Source: an uncultured Acidobacteriota bacterium (lineage in GTDB: Bacteria > Acidobacteriota > UBA6911). Taken from it: DNA of 64,000 nucleotides. The DNA is taken from NCBI GenBank assembly GCA_963809485.1, contig CAWEJX010000004.1, positions 384,001 to 448,000 on the forward strand. Direction: 5' to 3'. Numbering within the stretch: the stretch's first letter is position 1; each line of letters starts with the position of its first letter. A program made the translations under genes and the position numbers. Below, one piece after another: positions 44,788 to 55,861 of this stretch. The notes below the pieces were generated by a model. The model made no database searches. It was not told the origin of the DNA and saw only the letters and a list, made by a program, of their open reading frames with translations.

Positions 44788-46647
44788 ATGCCCGCCGATA
44801 CCATTCTGCACAGCGGCAAAATCGCCACAAACGGCCACCCAGCCTTTGTTGAAGCAATCGCCATCCAGGGCGGCAAGGTCAGCGCGACCGGCAAAAGCGA
44901 TGAAATTCTGGGCGATCATCGCGGCCCGACAACGAGAGTCATCGATCTTCACCGCCGGACGGTGATCCCGGGCCTCAACGATTCGCATATGCATGTGATC
45001 CGCGGCGGTCTCACATATAACCTTGAGCTGCGTTGGGACGGTGTTCCCTCCCTTGCCGATGGCTTGCGGATGCTGAAAGAGCAAGTGCAGCGCACACCTC
45101 CCGGCCAATGGGTGCGGGTCATTGGAGGCTGGAGCGAATTTCAGTTTGCTGAGCGCCGCATGCCGACGCTGGAGGAAATCAATACGGTCTCACCCGATAC
45201 ACCGGTTTTTATCCTGCATCTGTATTGCCGCGGAATATTGAACAAAGCCGCGCTGCGAGCCTGCGGTTATACGAAAGACACTCCGAACCCGCCCTCCGGT
45301 GAAATCCAGCGCGATGCAAGCGGCAACCCCACCGGACTTCTCATTGCACGCCCCAATGCCGGCATTCTTTACGCCACCGTTGGCAAACAACCGAAGCTGC
45401 CTCCCGAGCATCAAATGAATTCGTCGCGCCACTTCATGCGTGAGTTGAATCGTCTTGGCCTGACAAGCCTGGTCGATGCGGGCGGCGGATCGCAAATCTA
45501 CCCAGATGACTACACGATCATGAAAGAGCTGCACAAGCGGGGTGAAATGACCGTGCGGATGGCCTACAACATTTTCACGCAAAAGCCCAGGGAGGAGAAG
45601 GAGGATTTCCTTCGCTGCATGAAGCTGACCGCACCCGGCAAGGGTGACGATTTCTATCGCTGCAACGGCGCTGGAGAGATGCTGGTTTATTCGGCGGCCG
45701 ATTTTGAAGATTTTCTGGAACCCCGGCCTGACCTCCCGTCCAATCTCGAGCAGGATCTGACGGAGGTTGTTTCTTTGTTGGCCTCCAACCGATGGCCGTT
45801 CCGCATTCACGCAACTTATGACGAAAGCATCTCCCGAATGCTGAACGTGTTCGAGAAGGTGAACCGCGATATCCCCTTCAAAGGAACGAACTGGTTCTTT
45901 GACCATTGCGAGACTATCTCTGACCGCAGCATGGAACGCGTCAAGGCGCTAGGCGGCGGGATCGCCATCCAAGATCGAATGGCTTTTCAGGGTGAGTATT
46001 TTCTGGACCGCTATGGGAAGCAGGCGGCGGAGCGCACTCCGCCGGTTCGTAAAATGCTCGAACTCGGCATTCCCGTGGGGGCCGGCACCGATGCAACACG
46101 TGTAGCCAGCTACAATCCCTGGCTTTCCCTTTACTGGCTCGTGGCCGGGAAAACAGTCGGCGGCACTCCGTTGTACTCAGAAGCAAACTGCCTCAGCCGG
46201 GAAGAGGCACTGAAGCTCTATACCCAGGGCAGCAGTTGGTTTTCGGGTGAAGCCGGCAGGAAAGGGACAATTGCTGTCGGGCAACTGGCGGATGTCGCCG
46301 CTCTCACCGAAGATTACTTCTCCGTGCCGGAAGAGAAAATAAAAGGGATTGAGTCCGTCCTTACTATTGTTGATGGACAGATCGTTTACGGTGCTCAGGA
46401 ATTTCAGGGCTTTAATCCGCCTCCGCTGCCCGTTCTGCCGGACTGGTCACCCATTAAGGTCTATGGTGGATATGGGGCGCCGCTAGACATCGGCAAATCG
46501 GCCCGCGCAGGTATCCCGGTGCGCTCGAATATCGCCGAGTGCCATCCGAAAGGATGTCTTAATGCCGTCCACCCGCATCATAAGAAAGCCGCAGCTCACC
46601 GTTACAGCGACTTCTGGGGTTTCGGCTGCGATTGCTTCGCATTCTAA
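44788..46647 (+). CDS. Amidohydrolase 3 (YtcJ/NfdA-like)
   Basis: PGLNDSHMH, FRIHATYDE, FDHCET, GTDATRV, C-terminal FWGFGCDCFAF. GGAGG RBS. Confidence 0.9.
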   Translation: MPADTILHSGKIATNGHPAFVEAIAIQGGKVSATGKSDEILGDHRGPTTRVIDLHRRTVIPGLNDSHMHVIRGGLTYNLELRWDGVPSLADGLRMLKEQVQRTPPGQWVRVIGGWSEFQFAERRMPTLEEINTVSPDTPVFILHLYCRGILNKAALRACGYTKDTPNPPSGEIQRDASGNPTGLLIARPNAGILYATVGKQPKLPPEHQMNSSRHFMRELNRLGLTSLVDAGGGSQIYPDDYTIMKELHKRGEMTVRMAYNIFTQKPREEKEDFLRCMKLTAPGKGDDFYRCNGAGEMLVYSAADFEDFLEPRPDLPSNLEQDLTEVVSLLASNRWPFRIHATYDESISRMLNVFEKVNRDIPFKGTNWFFDHCETISDRSMERVKALGGGIAIQDRMAFQGEYFLDRYGKQAAERTPPVRKMLELGIPVGAGTDATRVASYNPWLSLYWLVAGKTVGGTPLYSEANCLSREEALKLYTQGSSWFSGEAGRKGTIAVGQLADVAALTEDYFSVPEEKIKGIESVLTIVDGQIVYGAQEFQGFNPPPLPVLPDWSPIKVYGGYGAPLDIGKSARAGIPVRSNIAECHPKGCLNAVHPHHKKAAAHRYSDFWGFGCDCFAF

Positions 46648-46661
46648 AAGGGGAGATCCTG

Positions 46662-47429
46662 ATGCCCGGCAGGCTCTCTTGTCGACAGTTGTCGATTGTA
46701 TTCTTGTTCCTGGTGTGGGCCGCATCGGCGTTGCCTGCTGCGCCGGCAACGCCGACGGCATCTCATACCGTGCACTATGAAACGACGCGGCAGGACGAAG
46801 ACTGGAGTTATTTGCGTGATCCGGCACGAAGAACCGATTATCTCGACAACATGAAGTATATCCCGCTCCGGAATGAAGATGGCTGGTATATGTCGCTGGG
46901 CGGTGATGTGCGCGAGCGTTACGAACTTCTCGACCACCCTCAGTGGGGCCAGGGGCCAACAGACACGAACGGCTATTGGATGCAGCGCTATTTACTGCAT
47001 GCCGATATTCACCTGGGATCACGAGTTCGGTTCTTCTCGCAGTTCCAGAGCGGACTTATCAATGGGCGAAAGGGAGCCTATTTTGGCGTAATTGCGCTTA
47101 TTGGCCCGGCAAACCACATAGATTTACAGCCGTCCTTTGATCTCAGGCTGATAAAGAGGTGGATATTGATCACCGAAGCCGGGTTTTTCTGGCGGCAGAG
47201 CATTCATGACGGAATTTACGGGCCCGCAATCAACCTCCTGCGCTCAGCCGGTTCGAGCACGTCGCGTTTTATTGGCAGCCAGATCGCAACGCAGGCTGAA
47301 TGGGAAATAAACCCGCATTTCAGCTGGACCGGAAACTACACACATTTTTTCACGGGCCAATTCCTCCGGGATACAGGGCCTTCGAAGGACGTGAACTTCT
47401 TCACCACGTGGCTTTATTATCGCTTCTGA
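46662..47429 (+). pseudogene. Alginate-export family outer-membrane protein with a large in-frame internal deletion
   Basis: RQDEDWSYL, KYIPL, SLGGDVRERYE, QRYLLHAD at the N-terminus join directly to KGAYFG...GPAN and the terminal YRF. 255 aa versus roughly 450 aa typical. Confidence 0.65.
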
Positions 47430-47438
47430 TATGGCCAT

Positions 47439-49056
47439 ATGAAAAACGACAGCATCGTAGTACCCCCTCACCCTGACGTACGCTCGCCATGGAGTCCTCT
47501 CCGGCAGCCGGTGTTCCGTGCCCTTTGGATCGCCACAATCGTTTCCAATCTGGGCACCTGGATGCAGAATGTGGGCGCATCCTGGCTGATGACTGCCCTG
47601 AGCCCGTCCCCTCTGATCATTGCCATGGTGCAGGCGGCGACGAGCCTTCCCATGTTCCTGCTCGCCTTGCCGGCCGGAGCCTTGGCAGATATAGCGGATA
47701 GACGCCGCCTTTTATTGATCACTCAGTTCTGGATGCTTGCAGCCGCGGCAGCCTTGAGTGCGGTAACCTATGCCGGTGCAATGACTCCGGTTTTGCTCCT
47801 CTCACTCACCTTTATGATGGGCGTTGGGACTGCCATGAACGGACCGGCATGGCAGGCGATTGTTGGCGATTTGATTGGTCCTCGTGAGCTTGGCGCCGCA
47901 GTCTCGTTGAACAGCGCGGCTTTTAATCTGGCTCGCGCTGTCGGTCCAGCCCTGGGGGGTATCCTTCTTGCACGGACGGGCGCAGGCACTGTTTTTCTGT
48001 TGAACGCACTGTCATTTATGGGAGTGCTCTTCGTTCTTTACGGCTGGAAATCAAAGGCACGGGAGAGCGTGCTACCGGCCGAGCGCTTCGTGGGCGCTAT
48101 CCGAGCCGGCGTGCGCTACGCTCGGCATGCTTCACCGGTGCACGCGGTCCTGATACGGACGGCGGCATTTATTTTGTTTGGAAGCGCGATTTGGGCGCTT
48201 GCTTCCGCTCGTCGTCAAAACCGGAATGGGACGGGGTCCCTCGGCATACGGTGTGTTAGTGGGTTGTCTCGGAGCGGGGGCGTTGATAGGCGCAGCACTG
48301 CTTCCAAGACTGAAAGGCAAGACATCTGTTGATATCCTGGTTGTCGGAGCCAGCGCTGTCTTTGCAGCAGTTCTGATTGGCGCCGGCCTGATTCGCAACT
48401 ATGCCGTAATGATCGCGCTGATGCTGCTTGGAGGCGCGGCATGGATTGTGGTGCATTCAATTCTGAATGTGGCAGCTCGAATGGTTGTCCCGGCATGGGT
48501 TCAAGCCCGCTCATTGGCATTTTATCTGCTCGTTTTCCAGGGCGGCACCGCCGTGGGAAGTCTCGTCTGGGGCGGCCTCGCCGGAGTATTGGGTGTTGAT
48601 TCGACTATGGTGGCTGCTGGCGTCGGAATGATCCTTAGCCTGGCTGCCGCCTTCTTCTTTCCTCTTCAAGGCGCCGAGTCCCTGGATCTCAGAACTGCCT
48701 CATATTGGCCGGAACCCGGCTTCGTGCCCGAATCGATCGCCGACAGTGCACCTGCATTTGTCACAGTCGAATACCGGGTCGATCCCCTTCACGCGGAGGA
48801 ATTCGTGCGCATTATGGGTGACATGGAGCGTATCCGTCGTCGTGACGGTGCGTTGCAGTGGGGCCTTTTTGTCGACGCGACCGATCCAGGGAAGTACCTG
48901 GAGGAGTTTCTGGTCGAGTCCTGGCTCGAACACCTGCGTCAGCATGAACGCGTCACTGCATCCGATCACGAATTGCAGGAACGGGTCCGATCCCTGCACG
49001 CCGGTCCGGATCCGCCTCGCGTGTCACACTATTTTTCGGCTGGCCGGAGAAAATAG
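47439..49056 (+). CDS. MFS transporter (MFS_3/DUF894 type), one +1 frameshift (~48200)
   Basis: SPLRQPVFRALWIA..VSNLGTWMQ, AGALADIADRRR, C-terminal RRRDGA..W...ESWLEHLRQHERVT. 1618 minus 1 nt gives 539 codons. Confidence 0.88.
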
Positions 49057-49195
49057 GCAGGTAGGCAAAAAAGGAGCAGGCTTACAATTCCGCCGCACGT
49101 TCGATAAAATTTGAGGAGAGGTAACAAGCACTTCCGCAGCCGGCAGGCAGTCTGTTGACTGGAATTTCCAAATTTGCCAAAGAAGGAGTGCATTT

Positions 49196-49759
49196 ATGAG
49201 CATTCAGTGGCTTGAAAATCTTGATTCTGCATTAAGCGATGCCAAACGCGAAAATAAGCACGTACTGTTGGATTTTTTCAATCCCCTTTGAATCGGGTGC
49301 CAGCAGATGGGTACAGTTACGTATCCAAATCCGAAGGTGATTGATTTCTTCTCGAAGCATCTGGTTCCTGTGCAGACTTTGATAGACTCGAAACCACTCC
49401 CACAAAGATTCAAAGTGCAATGGACCCCTACTCTTGTTCTTTTAGACGATAAGGGCGAGGAGCACCATCGAACCGTAGGTTTTCTCGCGCCCGAGGAACT
49501 GCTGCCGGCTCTCATGCTCGGTATCGGGAAGTCCTATTTCGACCGCGAGTTGTACAAGGAGTCCGAACAGGTCCTGGAGCAGCTTCTGAAAGAGTATCCA
49601 AAGAGCGATGCGGCTCCGGAGGCAGCCTACTATCTTGGGGTCGGCCGGTATAAAAATACGCACAATGCGGAAGAGCTGAAGAAAACGATTCAGTCGCTCC
49701 AGAAGAATTACCCGGGAAGCGAGTGGACGAAGCGAGCGTCGGTATACCAGCTGTTGTGA
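49196..49759 (+). CDS. Thioredoxin-fold selenoprotein (Sec32 in UIGC) with C-terminal TPR, 187 aa
   Basis: AAGGAG RBS and ATG 49196: MSIQWLENLDSALSDAKRENKHVLLDFFNPL-TGA(49289)-IGCQQMGTVTYP, in frame with ORF 49307. cis-Pro loop VQWTPT; TPR APEAAYYLGV. Confidence 0.9.
49292..49327 (+). promoter_or_regulatory. Bacterial SECIS-like hairpin
   Basis: TGGGTAC-[AGTTAC]-GTATCCA stem (49308-49327). The loop starts 23 nt after UGA with G at position 2. Confidence 0.6.
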
Positions 49760-49815
49760 GTTCAGCCTCCCTTGCGATCGGCCTATGATCCTAATAATTA
49801 GAGGGGCTGAACTCA
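49758..49815. repeat. Inverted repeat 3' of the thioredoxin gene
   Basis: TGAGTTCAGCC ... GGCTGAACTCA, 11-bp perfect arms. Confidence 0.4.
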
Positions 49816-50721
49816 ATAATTTGTTTTGCTTTAGATCTACCCAGCTTCTCACAGGTTGGAATTCAGGCTAAATCGGCCCATTTAGCATAGTAAGTCGACA
49901 TTTCTCGACTTACTCTGCTTGTTTTGCACAATTATTCTCTTCCTGCCAGCTAAGCAAATTATCGGGATCCACCTTTACCGTCTTTTCTCGTGCGTCGAGG
50001 AAGACCCCGATTTTAGTTAGTTCGACGCGGGTACTCGGACAACAACGGCTGGAATCTCCGCTACTCTCCAGCTGGTCAAAAAGGAGCGTCCCGAGGACAG
50101 CCGGTTGCATGTCGTGCCTCATTCAATCCCCCGTCAAACCTCTAACAAGACTGGAAAGAACCGATTTTGCAGACGGTGTCTGCAGAATTCCCGAATAAAA
50201 GCTCAGCAGTTTTTATCCTGAGCGGCTCAGAATTCAGGGTCAAATTACTGCAGCAGGCATCTAAAAGATTCAAAGTCAATCAATTACAGGAGCTAAAACT
50301 TTGGGCGAGCATTGATATCGTCCAGCTGTTTTGTCTTGAGGATTTGGGGAGGAGGCTCAAATCGATTTGCAGGTTTTTTATTTTCAATGCCGGGGATGGA
50401 AATCAAGCCCACACGCCCTTTGCGAAGCCCAGGATTTTAAGTCGCATAGCCGGATTCCCCTATCTGTTGTTAATATTTGATTAATCAATTAGTTACTTCT
50501 ACCCATGCTTTGGGTGGCGTTGGCTGGAATGGAGTGGTTTTGGATGCTCGCGGGCAAAGGGACGGGCACAGTGTAAAACTTGTCCTCGCACCATCGATAA
50601 TAAAAATCTCGCTTCGCAGAAGATTGCATAACATTTCGTTTGAAAATGCCTTCATATGGATGTTCACATTATGCGGGCGATTGATCGATAAACTCAAATA
50701 CACTAAAGGGAGGTAATCAGC

Positions 50722-51708
50722 ATGAAAACAAAACTTCTCGGGATTGTATTGGCGTCCATTGCTTTTTTGATTACTCCTGCTTTCCTGCAAGCAGCTCAAA
50801 CCTGCGACCGGCAGTGTCTGGTCGACCTGATGAAAGACTATCTGGCGGCCCTGGTCGCTCATAACCCCAAAGCGGTGCCATTCGACAAGGAGGTTAAGTT
50901 TACTGAAAACACGGCAAATATCCCAGTCGGAGACGGCTTATGGACGACGGCTTCCAGCGGACCAACGGAATTCCAGATCTATGCTGCAGACCCATTGATG
51001 CAGCAGGTTGCCTGTCTTGTGATGATGAAGGAAACGAAATACGGTAATAGCCTTCTAGGAGTCCGTTTGGCTTTAAGGCGCGGCAAAATCTCGGAGGCTG
51101 AGCATTATGTGGTTCGACAGGGTCTATCGAATGCGATGCCGAACCTTCAGAAACCGCGACCCGGGCTTGTCGAAGACTTGGCGCCGGAGGACCGGACTCC
51201 GAGGGAACAGATGCGTGATGCCGGACTTTCCTACTACGACGCGCTTGTGGGCGGAGACGGCACCCTGGCCCCGTTTGCCCAAGAATGCGAGCGTCACGAT
51301 GATGGAGAGACTTCGGTCGGGGGAAATCGGGAAGCCCCGGGGCGGTTTCCTGCGGCGGACGAAGCAACTCTGTCAGATCTGGGCAGGGCGGTTTTGGCTG
51401 CACCCAATACATGTGCAGGTCAGATCAGCGCCGGGGTTTGGGGTTACATGTCCGCCATAACGAACCGCCGCTTGGTCGTGGTTGATGAACAGAAGGGCCT
51501 GGCTGTAGGTTGTTCCGTTCTTAATCACGATGCCAAGCTCAAAACGATGAAGCTCAAAGGAGTCCCGGGGCTGGAGAGTGTGCCTTCTGTCCAGCTCCTC
51601 TTCAATATGCCCAGCATGCACTTTTTCAAAATTAAAAAGGGGAAGATCTACGAAATTGAAGATATTGGCGTCTCTGTGCCTTATGGGACCAAGAGCGGAT
51701 GGGAATAG
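50722..51708 (+). CDS. Secreted hypothetical protein (CDRxCL / DUF8021-like, tandem NTF2-like)
   Basis: Signal peptide AQT-CDRQCL...YLAALVAHNP...VKFTEN, FFKIKKGKIYEIE, terminal PYGTKSGWE. GGGAGG RBS. Confidence 0.7.
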   Translation: MKTKLLGIVLASIAFLITPAFLQAAQTCDRQCLVDLMKDYLAALVAHNPKAVPFDKEVKFTENTANIPVGDGLWTTASSGPTEFQIYAADPLMQQVACLVMMKETKYGNSLLGVRLALRRGKISEAEHYVVRQGLSNAMPNLQKPRPGLVEDLAPEDRTPREQMRDAGLSYYDALVGGDGTLAPFAQECERHDDGETSVGGNREAPGRFPAADEATLSDLGRAVLAAPNTCAGQISAGVWGYMSAITNRRLVVVDEQKGLAVGCSVLNHDAKLKTMKLKGVPGLESVPSVQLLFNMPSMHFFKIKKGKIYEIEDIGVSVPYGTKSGWE

Positions 51709-52011
51709 ATGAACGGCAGGATCATGCCCAACCGATAGGATCTCGGAATTCCCCTTGGCCTTGAAGGTAAGAATGAGAGACCATCGTGATGGCCATTAGC
51801 TCTTGAAATGGCCTGCGAAACATCCCGAAGCATTGATTGAGGCAACTTGGAAATCGGGGTTAGCTGCCGTTCGGTCACGGATCCTCCCCGTCGGGCGTCG
51901 CATACAGCTACCGATAAGGGAGCCCAACCCGGGATCAGGACCAAATCGGCAGCCCATCCTTCCTAACCTCTTTAAGAGCTAAACAGTATTTTCCCTGAGC
52001 GGAGGACCGAT

Positions 52012-52965
52012 ATGGAATTGATAAAACCATTTGCCCTGCAAGCCGGCGACAAGATTGGTATTGCCGCTCCATCCATGCACAGTATTAATGATGAAGCGGT
52101 GCGAAACGGCGTCGCCACTTTACAAGACATGGGATTCAGCGTGGAGATGGGGCCGGGCGTCCATTCAAGGTACCGGAATACCACCGCTTTGGCTGAAAAC
52201 CGCGCCAGGGAGATGATGAAATTCTTCACGGATCCTGACACGAGAGCGATTATCTGCCTGATAGGCGGCGATACAGCAGCACAACTGTTAAAGCTGCTCG
52301 ATTATGAAACGATACGAAATAATCCGAAGCTATTCAGCGGAATGAGTGATATCGGTCACCTAAGTCTGGCGCTACTTTCCCGGGCCGGCCTGGTAACTAT
52401 CTATGGGCCGGACCTGACCTTTGGTTTCGGCGCTGACCGGAATAGTCCGGCGGCCCGATATAATATCGATTTGTTCCTTAAGTGCACCCGGCCGGAACCT
52501 CCAGGAAAGATGCCGGCTTTTACTCAATGGGAATGCTGGCGACCCGGAAAAGCCAGAGGACGTTTGATAGGAGGTTATCTTGGAGCCGTGGCACATTTAT
52601 ACCGTACAAGTTTCTGGCCGGCACTCGAAGAAACAATCCTGTTCTGGGAAGCCCTGGAAACGCAGCCACACGAGATTGAAAGACAATTTACCATCGCTGA
52701 GGCTGAAGGATTCTTCAATAATGTGACCGGCATGGTCGTAGGAAAGCTGGTCGGCTGTGAAGAGAAAGATTATGAAGGAATGTTGCCCGACGTCAAAGAA
52801 ATACTCGTGGAAATCACGAAAGAGTACGGGTTCCCGATTATGGGCAACGCAGATTTCGGCCACAGTGGTACCTTCATGCCGATGCCGGAAGGACTATTGG
52901 CTGAAATAGACGCGGAACAACTATCGATTGAACTGATCGAGCCTGTAGTCCGGCAGCATCGTTAA
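52012..52965 (+). CDS. Peptidase S66 (LD-carboxypeptidase/MccF-like)
   Basis: GDKIGIAAPS, IICLIGG, PKLFSGMSDI, ILFWE, DFGH. Confidence 0.9.
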   Translation: MELIKPFALQAGDKIGIAAPSMHSINDEAVRNGVATLQDMGFSVEMGPGVHSRYRNTTALAENRAREMMKFFTDPDTRAIICLIGGDTAAQLLKLLDYETIRNNPKLFSGMSDIGHLSLALLSRAGLVTIYGPDLTFGFGADRNSPAARYNIDLFLKCTRPEPPGKMPAFTQWECWRPGKARGRLIGGYLGAVAHLYRTSFWPALEETILFWEALETQPHEIERQFTIAEAEGFFNNVTGMVVGKLVGCEEKDYEGMLPDVKEILVEITKEYGFPIMGNADFGHSGTFMPMPEGLLAEIDAEQLSIELIEPVVRQHR

Positions 52966-53066
52966 AGGATAGAGAGGATGCTTCCAGAATTATCCTCAAC
53001 CTAACATTTGTCCAGATTGTTACCCCCATGCATCAATCAGGGTTGGTGCCGAGCTTAAGGCTTGAA

Positions 53067-53313
53067 TCAGCTTTTCTCCTTCTCCTCTTCAGCATAGAAG
53101 CCTTTGAACCGCTCGGCCATGGCTTTGAGTTGTTGCTGGACGCGATGGTTAACGGGGCCCTCCGGATACGTGTCATCGGGCAAAATCTCGGTCAAAAAGC
53201 TCAATTCCGACCTCCCCATATGCCTTATCCACTGGCGTATCGATCATTCGGTATCAAAATCCAGCAGTATGGCGAAATAGGTCATGAACCGTGATCTTGC
53301 GTTTGGTTTCATC
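53067..53313 (-). pseudogene. Abutting remnants: serine-hydrolase (beta-lactamase family) piece and Lon-like protease C-terminal tail
   Basis: KRKITVHDLFRHTAGF*Y...TPVDKAY (53313-53203), followed by DDTYPEGPVNHRVQQQLKAMAERFKGF (53190-53067). Family calls from recall. Confidence 0.45.
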
Positions 53314-53409
53314 GGTATTTGCTTACAAAGAGAATAATCCAAACGGGAGCGCTTGATCCGACGTTCGTCGGCGCCTGGATGATATGTGCCGGGCGATTGA
53401 GCTATGAAG

Positions 53410-54004
53410 GGTCCTTCCGTCATCTACTGTTGTTACGCTGCCATTTTCTGTTCTCTGACTCTACTTAAAGCTGCCTTTACGTAAATAAAAATGATCACAA
53501 AAAGAATTCGCTGCTGCTCAGCCATGAATACCTCCCTGAAGCTCTGAGATGGCGACCCTATCTATCTTTTGATCGTTGAAACGGTGACAAGAGGAGGCTG
53601 CTTTTTCGAGCCAGCGATCGACGGTATTCCAAGCAATTCGCTTTACCCGAGCAATCGCGGATTTGTTCAGTCCCTCAACCCTGAGATTGACAACATCATC
53701 GAAAGTTGTGCGTCGGTGTTGGATTCGATGGTAGGGTGTTCCGGAATTGGAGCAGAAAGTTTTGCCGCAAGTGCCGCAACGATATCGACGACGACGACCC
53801 CACTTGGTTTTTTAGAATCCATGGCCGATGATGTTTCCGAAAGCGGCTTTTCCCGCCAGTGGACATTCCCTGTTTGGGCAGCTGAGACTCTTCATTGTTT
53901 TTGAACCGTGTCAATGATGGAACTGATTGCATGGAATTGAGTCTCAAACTATATCATGTGTGGGAGTTACGGTCGCGCTGCCAACAGTCGACGGCGGAAG
54001 CACC
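53410..54004 (-). mobile_element. IS1-like element, internally deleted (zinc-finger plus HTH part of the transposase)
   Basis: 23-bp imperfect TIRs GGTCCTTCCGTCATCTACTGTTG / GGTGCTTCCGCCGTCGACTGTTG. From 53895: MKSLSCPNRECP...GHGF*KT...RYRCGTCGKTF...VEGLNKSAIARVKRIAWNTVDRWLEKA. The catalytic domain is missing. Confidence 0.8.
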
Positions 54005-54540
54005 CGAATTTTGATAATGCTGAGCAATGGAGATCAACGATCTTAGGTAACGGCAATCCGCTTTATTTCAATGTCTTCGACTTGGGGATTCAATAACCTG
54101 GATTAGGCAAGGAAAAATACCTCTATCGTAAAGAACGAGATTTTTTGGGCTCTTGGACTAGGCATTTCTTGATTTCCTTATGCGCATTTTTGAGAAGCGG
54201 TTGGTTCCTCTGTTTTTTGAGCGCACAACAGTAAGAATTAGGTTGGGCAAGATAATGCATGCAATTTTTCATGTTTTTTCGTACTGATCCCAAGTAAAAT
54301 CGGATCCGGAAATTCGTGGGGAAAATAAACCCCTATCTGAAGCACAAGACTCGTATGATGCAGAAAGCATTTATAATGCAGGCTTTGTTTTTCCTTTAAA
54401 CACCTAAGTATTTGCATAAGTCCGGGAACTGTAGATTATTGGAGGAGCATCTGCTCAGGGTAATTTCCCCAAAATGTATGCAATACCGGCCATAGTACCG
54501 GATGAAGAGAGTGCCAGTTTTTTTTGAGGAGGGATCCAAC

Positions 54541-55635
54541 ATGCCGTCAAAATTTCGAGCCATCGGATTTACCGCATTTCTTGGGATTATGGTTTTGATC
54601 TTTACCGCCGTTTCTCCGAAGCTGGCAGGTGAAACTGCCCAGAAAGAGAAAGGCGAAGGAGGCAAGTACGGCAAGTATTTTATCTTTGACACCCCACCAA
54701 TTCAGCTTCCTCCGGAAGAGGCAGCTAAAATGAAGGAAGCGCAAAAAAAGGGGAAGTCGACAGAAGAGTTAAATTATTTTTTGGGACTCGACGGTACGAG
54801 GCTGCAGGGTGCTCCTTATATGAGTTTCGTCTGGATGTGGAAAGGAACTGCAGGGGGTTATACGGAGCGAGAACATGTCCATAATTTTGACGAATTCATC
54901 GGGTTTATAGGCACAAGAGGGCCGGAGGATCCTCACGGCTTGGGTGGGGAGGTTGAGTTCTGGCTGGGCGGCGAAAAATACTTGCTTACCAAGTCCTGCC
55001 TTGTTTATGTGCCAAAGGGAATGAAACACTGCCCTGTGCGATTTATCCGGATTGACTCGCCTTTTCTCTTCTTTACGGGATCATTTCAAACAAGCGAGGC
55101 AAAGTACGAGGCGACCGGGACTAAATTCAATGAAGCCAAGGCTGCGGAGCGAAATTTTGCCAAGTACATCTCCTATAATGTAAATCCGAAAAAAGCCCCG
55201 CCAACGGATCCCGAGGCCAGGAAAAAAATGGAAGAAATGCGCCAAAAAAGTGGTTCGACCGTCGAGTCGGCCCGGATACTGGATCTGGACTCGGTGCAGG
55301 GAGCTCCTTATATAGATTTCGTGTGGATGTATAAAGGATACGAGAAAAATACTACTCACCCTGAACACGCCCACGAATGGGGCGAAATTTTCGGTTACAT
55401 CGGATCCGTAGGACAGAACGATCCACATAGCCTGGGCGGAGAAGTTGAGTTTTGGGTTGACGGCGAAAAGCACGTTTTACACAAAAGCTGCCTGGTATGG
55501 ATACCACCAAATCTTCCCCATTGTCCTGTGCGATTCGCACAGATCGATAAACCGATACTGTGGTTTACCATAGGAATTGGGATGAAAGGCGGCGAATACA
55601 CCTTTTCAAAGCCGCCGGCCGATAAAAAACAGTAG
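54541..55635 (+). CDS. Exported tandem cupin-like protein (paralogue 2, Sec-type signal)
   Basis: GAGGAGG RBS and hydrophobic signal. EHVHNFDE.IGF.G.....P..LGGEVEFWLGGEK....KSCLVYVP....HCP occurs twice. Confidence 0.8.
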   Translation: MPSKFRAIGFTAFLGIMVLIFTAVSPKLAGETAQKEKGEGGKYGKYFIFDTPPIQLPPEEAAKMKEAQKKGKSTEELNYFLGLDGTRLQGAPYMSFVWMWKGTAGGYTEREHVHNFDEFIGFIGTRGPEDPHGLGGEVEFWLGGEKYLLTKSCLVYVPKGMKHCPVRFIRIDSPFLFFTGSFQTSEAKYEATGTKFNEAKAAERNFAKYISYNVNPKKAPPTDPEARKKMEEMRQKSGSTVESARILDLDSVQGAPYIDFVWMYKGYEKNTTHPEHAHEWGEIFGYIGSVGQNDPHSLGGEVEFWVDGEKHVLHKSCLVWIPPNLPHCPVRFAQIDKPILWFTIGIGMKGGEYTFSKPPADKKQ

Positions 55636-55695
55636 CGCTTATTGTCGTTGCTGTTTTGATGGAAAGAATCGTGACAATCCCGACTCGGTATGCTT

Positions 55696-55780
55696 GAACT
55701 GCTTGCATGGAATTGAGTCTCAAGCCATACCATGTGCGGGAGTTACGGCCGCGCTGCCAACAGTCGACGGCGGATGCACC
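55696..55780 (-). mobile_element. Solo end (~85 bp) of the same IS1-like element
   Basis: GAACTG.TTGCATGGAATTGAGTCTCAA...GCTGCCAACAGTCGACGGCGGATGCACC matches 53920-54004. Confidence 0.8.
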
Positions 55781-55861
55781 ATTTTCGCAAACCTGTGGTG
55801 CAGTGGCGGAATAATCCGTTTGCCCTGCCTGGAATCACAGAATCCAAACCCGGCATACTCT

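Noticed and set aside
49910-50484. Short ORFs between the thioredoxin gene and the secreted protein gene
   Set aside because: They have no recognisable motifs or convincing RBS and are probably relic or non-coding DNA.
53254-53256. In-frame TGA in the serine-hydrolase relic as a fourth Sec codon
   Set aside because: There is no Cys-type motif or hairpin, and it lies in a ~110-bp gene fragment.
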